A stretch of 64,000 bases of DNA from an uncultured Verrucomicrobiae bacterium (GTDB lineage: Bacteria > Verrucomicrobiota > Verrucomicrobiia > Chthoniobacterales > UBA10450): assembly GCA_963756875.1 (NCBI GenBank), contig CAVWPA010000001.1, forward strand, positions 448,001 through 512,000. Direction: 5' to 3'. This document shows positions 56,723-64,000 of this stretch, piece by piece (the stretch's first letter is position 1; the number at the start of each line of letters is the position of its first letter). Both the position numbers and the translations under genes were made by a program. The notes under the pieces are model-generated. The model was given only the letters and a program-made list of their open reading frames with translations, was not told the origin of the DNA and ran no database searches.

Positions 56723-57058
56723 ATGACACTCAAAGCTTGGATTTTGTTGCTCGCGGTTTTCGGCATGGTATCACTCGCGCCCATTTCTTTCGCTCAGGAG
56801 GTAGATGGCAGCGAACTGCGTCGAGAAGTACGCGAACAAAACGAAAGAGTCAGCAAATTGTCGATTGAGGAGCAGCTCAAACTGCGCGCTGCGGAACAAA
56901 AGGCGGCGGAAGATCCGGCTGTAAAGGCCGCGTTGGAAAAACGAAACAAGGCGATCCAGGAATTTCGCGCCACGCTGCGGACGAGCATGATCAAGGCCGA
57001 CCCGACCGTCGAACCGATTCTGGCGAAAGTGGCGATCCGCGCAAAGCGGAACCCATAA
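56723..57058 (+). CDS. Hypothetical exported helical protein
   Basis: Signal peptide ending SFA-Q; charged helices. Confidence 0.65.
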   Translation: MTLKAWILLLAVFGMVSLAPISFAQEVDGSELRREVREQNERVSKLSIEEQLKLRAAEQKAAEDPAVKAALEKRNKAIQEFRATLRTSMIKADPTVEPILAKVAIRAKRNP

Positions 57059-57151
57059 AGCGTCATCCTGTGACCGTCTCACTCTGCGAACCGCGGCGGT
57101 GCGATGATTAAAGTCGAAAACTTGATTGTCAGCGCGCCGCAACTGCACTAA

Positions 57152-58446
<1,295 letters not shown>

Positions 58447-58447
<1 letters not shown>

Positions 58448-58720
58448 TGTTGTGCAACCGGTATGGCTTGCCAATCGTTGAATTCAAAATGGCCCGCCGC
58501 CAAGGCGCGACGAGAGAGCATGTCTTCTGCGACCTGTGATCGAGGAGCAACGCAGGTGCCGGGGCATTTTCAATTCAACCCTTCGGGCCGCAGTTCTTTG
58601 AACGAATTTCTACGTCGCTCGCTTGGCCTGTATCGCAGCGGATACAGGCGCTTTGCTTGCTTCTCGAAATTCGCCCAAACTCTTCGCGGCGATTGGCAAG
58701 CCATACCGGTTACACAACAC
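58447..58720. mobile_element. MITE with 31-bp terminal inverted repeats and TA target duplication
   Basis: GTGTTGTGCAACCGGTATGGCTTGCCAATCG / CGATTGGCAAGCCATACCGGTTACACAACAC (1 mismatch), TA on both sides. Confidence 0.85.
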
Positions 58721-58724
58721 TAAA

Positions 58725-59084
58725 GTGGATCAGACCTACGGTGATTTCCGTGCGCGCCGCGAGGCCACAGTTTGGCAGCGCATGAACCGGCTCCTTCGAG
58801 TTCTGCTCGTTCTTGCGGTCTGGTTGGTAATGATGAGTCTGTTCGCTCCGCCTTACAAAAAATTGAAGCAGAGTCACGCTGAGATCGATCGCCTTCAGTC
58901 GCGGGTGAACGAGCAGAAAACCTTGCTGGCCAGGCAAACCCGGGAAGTGAGCCTGCTGAAGACGGATCCGGCTTATCTCGAAACCATTGCGCGTGATCGT
59001 CTCGATTTGATGAAGCGGGGCGAAACGATTTTTCGCCTCGAGCCGCCGCGGGATGTGGCCAAGGGAAATCCCGCGAGGAAATAA
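58725..59084 (+). CDS. ftsB: Septum formation initiator (FtsB/DivIC family)
   Basis: TM plus coiled coil, LKTDPAYLETIARDRLDLMKRGETIF; follows eno. Confidence 0.8.
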   Translation: MDQTYGDFRARREATVWQRMNRLLRVLLVLAVWLVMMSLFAPPYKKLKQSHAEIDRLQSRVNEQKTLLARQTREVSLLKTDPAYLETIARDRLDLMKRGETIFRLEPPRDVAKGNPARK

Positions 59085-59088
59085 CTTC

Positions 59089-59201
59089 GGGGTAGCGCAC
59101 GCGTCTCGCGTGCTGGCGTCGGCGCCTCGCCGACGCGGACTTTTGGGAAAGCTTGTTTCCGCGAGACGCGCAAACCAGCACGCGAGACGCGTGCGCTACC
59201 C
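59089..59201. repeat. REPIN, GGGTAGCGCACGCG family
   Basis: gggtagcgcacgcgtctcgcgtgctgg ... ccagcacgcgagacgcgtgcgctaccc perfect arms. Confidence 0.85.
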
Positions 59202-59278
59202 AGAGATAGCATGCGCGTAGCCGCCACGGAAGTCGCGTTGCTTTTGCATGCGGCGCCTGGTTCTATTATCTTCCTCAC

Positions 59279-60416
59279 ATGCCAACCGAAATCTCCACCA
59301 TCGACGCTGAAGGCTTGAAGTCGCGCCTGCACGAGCTGCGGAGGTTTCTTTGACCTGCCCAAATTGCAGGAAAAGTTAGGCGCGCTGGAGGCGCGGATGA
59401 GCGCGCCGGATTTTTGGAGCAATCGCGAGCGCGCACAGCAGGATGTGGATGAAGTTTCGCGATTGCGTTCGCTCATCAACCCGTTTCGTGAGCTGGAAAG
59501 CGAGGTGGACGATTTCGAAGCGCTGCATCAGCTGGCAGCCGAGGAAAAGAACGAAGCGCATCGCGCGCAAGCCGAGCGTGAGGTCGCGACGGAGCACGAT
59601 CGGCTTCTTCATAAGGTGGAGGAATTCGAGCTGCGCCAGTTTCTCGCCGGCGAGAACGACCGCGGCAACGCCTTTCTCACGATCCACTCGGGGGCCGGCG
59701 GCACAGAGTCGTGCGACTGGGCCGATATGCTGTTGCGCATGTACCAACGCTGGATCGAGCGTAGCGGTCTCAAATCGCAAATCGTCGATGTCCAGACTGG
59801 TGAAGAAGTTGGAATCAAGTCGGTCACGCTGCTGGTGAGCGGCGAGTTCGCCTACGGCTATCTCCAGACGGAGCGCGGCGTTCATCGGCTGGTGCGCATT
59901 TCACCATTCGACGCGAACAAACGGCGGCATACATCGTTCGCCAGTGTCGATGTTGTCCCGGAAATCGCCGAAACAACACCTGTCGAAATCAATTCTGCTG
60001 ATATTGAAGTCGGCACCTTCCGCAGCGGCGGGAAGGGCGGACAAAACGTCAACAAGGTCGAGACGGCCGTTCGCATTTTGCACAAGCCAACTGGCATTGT
60101 TGTTGCCTGTCAGGCCGAGCGCAGCCAGGGACGAAACCGCGAGCTCGCGCTTAAAATGTTAAAGGCGAAACTTTATCAGCTCGAGGAAGACAAAAAGCGC
60201 GCGGAAATCGATCGACAATACGGAGAGAAAGGCGAGATCGCCTGGGGCAGCCAGATTCGATCTTATGTTTTTCAGCCATATCAAATGGTGAAAGACCACC
60301 GTACCGGCGCCGAGACGAGCAACGTTCAGGATGTAATGGACGGGAACATTGACATGTTCATTCAGGCAAAATTACGCGGGCAGAAGAATACGAAAGGCGA
60401 TAAAGACGAGCTGTAG
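59279..60416 (+). CDS. prfB: Peptide chain release factor 2 (programmed +1 frameshift)
   Basis: ORF1 MPTEIS...RRFL ends at CTT-TGA-C (59348-59354) with GGAGG 3 nt upstream; the +1 frame carries the SPF and GGQ motifs. Confidence 0.97.
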
Positions 60417-60452
60417 CGGCGCTCCATGAGCGTCGGACGAATAATGCGACGG

Positions 60453-61172
60453 TCACAGACCGCCGCTACAGGGAAGCACCCGTAACCGAAACCGCGCGTC
60501 GAATTTTCCCCGGTTATGCGCGCGACAACACGCCAGACAGGCGACCGCACGCCGCACGCGACGCACTCGCGGGAAAATCTGGCGACAATTCGGGCAGCGA
60601 TAAATAAAGCGCGCCGCATAAGTACGCTTTGCGAATGGAAGATTGTGACAGCGCTTTTCATTGCCGATTCCCAGGTCCCGGCAGGCCTGGCGCCATTCAT
60701 TCCCGTGCGGCAAAATCCGGCGCCGCCCGGCGCGGAACTGCGCGAGGAAATGAGCGAGTTCGTGTCGCAACGTGCGATCGATTTCATCGGCGTGATGAAT
60801 CAGCTGCGGATTTAGCGTGATCAGTTTCTTCCGATAATCGGCGCGTCCGGCGCACGTTTTCAAACGTGAGTTCCACTCGACGCGAATTTCATTTGCGATT
60901 CGGCGCGCGCCGTTGGCGTGTAAAAGCTGGCGCACTGTCGACTCCAGCTCCGCGTCGCGACCATGAAATTGTAGGGCAACCGCCTCGGTTGCCGTTTTTG
61001 AGGCCGGCAGGCGGAGCGCCCGCCCTACAACAACAGCATCGCCATTGTGTGATTGGCGCTCGACGCTGCCCTCGCCGTGCGACTCCGTCGTCCGCCTCTC
61101 CCTCAGGGAGAGGACTGAGGTGAGGGCTTTCGAGTTTACAAATGCCAACTCAAGTTGCTCAGGCGACCGCAT
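60453..61172 (-). CDS. SprT-like zinc metalloprotease
   Basis: WNSRLKTCAGRA, HELAH, HGNEW, CPNC...CLAC; N-terminal region largely repeat-derived. Confidence 0.85.
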   Translation of the reverse strand: MRSPEQLELAFVNSKALTSVLSLRERRTTESHGEGSVERQSHNGDAVVVGRALRLPASKTATEAVALQFHGRDAELESTVRQLLHANGARRIANEIRVEWNSRLKTCAGRADYRKKLITLNPQLIHHADEIDRTLRHELAHFLAQFRAGRRRILPHGNEWRQACRDLGIGNEKRCHNLPFAKRTYAARFIYRCPNCRQIFPRVRRVRRAVACLACCRAHNRGKFDARFRLRVLPCSGGL

Positions 61173-62328
61173 GTTCGGCGCTTTTCAGTTTTTCAAGTCG
61201 ACCAAGAACGCGGCCGATGGCTTCCCCGGCACGATCGATTTCTTCCGTCGACGTCCATTTGCCTAACGAAAAACGGACCGCCGATCCCGCCCGTTCCATT
61301 GGCAGACCCATCGCGAGCAGGACATGCGACGCAACCACTGAGCCGACCATGCAGGCGGATCCGCTCGAAGCGCAGAGGCCTTCCACATCGAGCGCCATGA
61401 GCATTGTTTCTGAGTCGATCCCGGGAAAACTTACGTTTAGCGTGTTCGCGAGGCGGCGTGGGACATCGGCGTTTTGCCGTGCTGCCGGGAAACGCTTCGC
61501 GATGCCGGTCCACAATTTGTCGCGCAATTGCGCTTCGCGGTCCTGTTCGATCTCATGATCGCGCAGTACCCATTCGGCAGCGGCAGCCATGCCTGCGATT
61601 GCGGCGACGTTTTCCGTCCCGGGCCGCCGCTCGTTTTCATGCGCGCCGCCGAACAGGATTGGTTGAATCGACAGTCCGCTTTTCAAAAGAAGGAATCCCG
61701 CGCCTTTCGGTCCGTAAAACTTGTGCCCGGCGAAACTGGCCGCATCGACCAGTCCCACGCTTTCGGGATCGATATCGATTTTTCCGAACGACTGCACCAT
61801 ATCGCTGTGCAGAGGGACGCCATGTCTGCGGCAGATTTCCGAGATCTCGCGGATCGGCTGGATCACTCCGGTCTCGTTGTTTGCCGTCATAATCGAAATA
61901 AGCCGCGTCTCCGGCCGGATCGAGTCGTCGAGCTGATCGACATCGACAATTCCATTTTCCGAAACATCGAGCCAGGTCACCTCAAATCCTTCTCGCTTTT
62001 CCAGATGTTCGACCGCGTTGAGAACCGCGTGATGCTCGGCCTTGTTTGAGATCACGTGACCGCCGGGTGACGATCCGTTTCGCGCCAGGCCCAGTACGGC
62101 GAGGTTGCACGACTCGGTGCCGCCGCTCGTGAAAATGATTTCGCTGGGTTTGGCGTGCAGAAGCGCGGCCAGCTTATCGCGCGCGTTGTCAATCGCCGCG
62201 CGCGCCTCCCGTCCTGCGGCATGAACACTCGAAGGGTTCCCGAAGTATCGCTCCAGATACGGCAGCATCGCTTCGCGCGCCGCATCGCAAAGCGGTGTCG
62301 TCGCGTTGTAATCGAGGTAAATCATCAA
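61159..62328 (-). CDS. iscS: Cysteine desulfurase (NifS/IscS family)
   Basis: YLDYNATTP, GNPSS, FTSGGTE, ANNETG, GHKFYGPKG, SSGSAC. Confidence 0.92.
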   Translation of the reverse strand: MMIYLDYNATTPLCDAAREAMLPYLERYFGNPSSVHAAGREARAAIDNARDKLAALLHAKPSEIIFTSGGTESCNLAVLGLARNGSSPGGHVISNKAEHHAVLNAVEHLEKREGFEVTWLDVSENGIVDVDQLDDSIRPETRLISIMTANNETGVIQPIREISEICRRHGVPLHSDMVQSFGKIDIDPESVGLVDAASFAGHKFYGPKGAGFLLLKSGLSIQPILFGGAHENERRPGTENVAAIAGMAAAAEWVLRDHEIEQDREAQLRDKLWTGIAKRFPAARQNADVPRRLANTLNVSFPGIDSETMLMALDVEGLCASSGSACMVGSVVASHVLLAMGLPMERAGSAVRFSLGKWTSTEEIDRAGEAIGRVLGRLEKLKSAEHAVA

Positions 62329-62395
62329 CGCGTCTTCTTACTCCTGCTCCTGCTCCTGCTCATGAGCTTTGTCACGGCGCGTCCGACTGTCGCGC

Positions 62396-63322
62396 TCATT
62401 CATGAAACTCATTTTCTTGTGTAGCGGTCTCCCCATCTTTCCGTTTCGGCACGATTCGCAATTGTTTTTCTTCGTAGTAAGCAAGCGAATCGGGCGGCAC
62501 ACTTTGCATTAGGAAGACGTTGCCGCCGATTGTCGTTCTCGCGCCGATGACCGTTTCGCCGCCGAGGATGGTCGAGTTGGGATAGATCGTGACGTCGTCT
62601 TCCACGTTTGGATGGCGTTTACCGCCTTTCTTAATCTTGCCGCGCTCGTCTTTTTGGAAGCTGCGCGCACCGAGAGTCACGCCGTGATACAATTTCACAT
62701 GCGAGCCAATTTCCGAAGTCTCGCCGATCACAACGCCTGTTCCATGGTCGATAAAGAAATGTGAGCCGATTTTTGCGCCGGGATGAATGTCGATCCCGGT
62801 ACGGCTGTGTGCCCATTCCGTCATGATGCGCGGGATCAGCGGCACTTTTTCATATAAGAGATGCGCCATGCGGTAAATGGCGATGGCTTCCAGAGCCGGA
62901 TAAGCCAGAATGATTTCCTCGTAGCTTTTTGCCGCAGGATCGCCTTCATAGGCGGCGTCGATATCTGTCCAGAGAACGCGGCGCAGGCGCGGCAGTTCCG
63001 CCATAAAAAAGGAAAGAATCTGTTCCGCCTCGGCCTCAGTGGTTTCGTTAGGCGGTATCTTGCCGAGGCTCCTGCAAATCTCGGTTTTGAGCCGGGCATG
63101 CAGATTTCGCACCCGGATCCGCGTTGTCTCGGCCAGATCTTCGGAGCTGACGAGCGCCTCGCTGCGGAAGCCAGGAAACATCAAGCTCATCAGTTCGGCG
63201 CAAGCCGCCTCGATAGCCAGCCGCGAGGGCAACGTGGCTGCTGCGTCGAGATAATTGATTCCCCCGGTTTCCCCGTAGGTTTCGAGCAGATCATCGACTG
63301 CGTCTCGCGCGGTTGTTTGCAT
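62396..63322 (-). CDS. cysE: Serine O-acetyltransferase (EpsC type)
   Basis: GDPAA, TGIDIHPGAKIG, IDHGTGVVIGET, GVTLG, KRHP. Confidence 0.93.
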   Translation of the reverse strand: MQTTARDAVDDLLETYGETGGINYLDAAATLPSRLAIEAACAELMSLMFPGFRSEALVSSEDLAETTRIRVRNLHARLKTEICRSLGKIPPNETTEAEAEQILSFFMAELPRLRRVLWTDIDAAYEGDPAAKSYEEIILAYPALEAIAIYRMAHLLYEKVPLIPRIMTEWAHSRTGIDIHPGAKIGSHFFIDHGTGVVIGETSEIGSHVKLYHGVTLGARSFQKDERGKIKKGGKRHPNVEDDVTIYPNSTILGGETVIGARTTIGGNVFLMQSVPPDSLAYYEEKQLRIVPKRKDGETATQENEFHE

Positions 63323-63450
63323 CAGAGGCAAAAGTACGCGACGCAGAAGGAGCAATCAAAGTGAATCGTTGCGTCGCTTACACGCAGCGGTAACCGGATT
63401 GAACGATAGAATCAAGACGATGGAACAACTTAACCGTTCACGAATGCCGC

Positions 63451-64000
63451 ATGAAACCTTTTGAAGTAGCAGGCCTGCCTCCGGATGAATTGAACAGCTT
63501 TCTCTCCGGCACGCATGCCGATCCGTTCCGTATCCTCGGACCGCACCGGGTGGCAGACGATCTTACCGTTCGCGTTTTCCGTCCCGACGCGAAGAAGATC
63601 GAGGTGGTGCGCGGCCAATCTTCTTCAAGCGGATCGGAGGCAGGAGCCGGGACGGCTGCGATCGAAGCGGAGAAGATTCATCGCGACGGTTTTTTCCAGG
63701 CGACCGTTCCAAATGCCACGCGCGATCTCGATTATCATTTGCGCATCACAAATTGGGACGACTCCGAGTATTCGATGCGCGATCCGTATCAGTACGGGCC
63801 GATCATGGGCGAAATCGATCTGCATCTTTTCGCCGAAGGCCAGCACTGGCAGATCTACGAAAAACTTGGGGCGCACCTCCGCACGATTGGCGATGCGACC
63901 GGTGTTTACTTTGCGGTCTGGGCACCGAACGCGCAGCGCGTGAGCGTGGTCGGCGATTTCAACGGCTGGGATGGCCGCGTCAATCCGATGCGAAAACTTC
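63451..64000 (+). CDS. glgB: 1,4-alpha-glucan branching enzyme (5' part, runs off the window)
   Basis: Not in the ORF track. Manual translation: MKPFEVAG...HADPFRILGPH...DPYQY...DLHLFAEGQH...LGAH...FAVWAPNAQRVSVVGDFNGWDGR. Confidence 0.93.
   Translation, partial: MKPFEVAGLPPDELNSFLSGTHADPFRILGPHRVADDLTVRVFRPDAKKIEVVRGQSSSSGSEAGAGTAAIEAEKIHRDGFFQATVPNATRDLDYHLRITNWDDSEYSMRDPYQYGPIMGEIDLHLFAEGQHWQIYEKLGAHLRTIGDATGVYFAVWAPNAQRVSVVGDFNGWDGRVNPMRKL

Noticed and set aside
62335..62368. CTCCTG hexamer run (and TCACTT run at 12537-12563) as full cassettes
   Set aside because: Only one clear arm each; treated as remnants and not counted.

Overview
A GC-rich bacterial chromosomal segment. Gene content and repeat style suggest Verrucomicrobiota (Spartobacteria/Chthoniobacterales-like); this is an inference. 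The backbone is mostly housekeeping: tilS-gltX-aroE-nadA, two tandem autotransporters, a DUF1800/DUF1501 pair, xth, infA, two pilT paralogues, a nuoD-(EF)-G-H-I-J-K-L-M-N cluster, fabD, ispD, an ABC module, eno-ftsB, prfB with its +1 frameshift, a cysteine desulfurase, cysE and the start of glgB. I found no rRNA, tRNA, CRISPR array, integrase or transposase. The notable biology lies between and inside the genes. (1) Cassettes bounded by inverted arrays of short tandem repeats (6-10-nt units) sit at gene junctions. Three carry a small gene (two GxxExxY proteins, one four-helix-bundle protein) and about ten are empty, which looks like an undescribed autonomous/non-autonomous mobile system. (2) Two MITE-like elements with unrelated ends share a ~53-nt internal core. 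(3) REP-like palindromes are translated in frame inside four genes and supply the stop codons of several others. (4) The 3' end of nadA is duplicated with only synonymous changes around an autotransporter. (5) A TPR-sensor/SLOG/class III cyclase fusion has non-canonical specificity residues. (6) Several genes show leaderless-type promoter geometry. All domain calls come from motif recognition by eye; no database searches were run.
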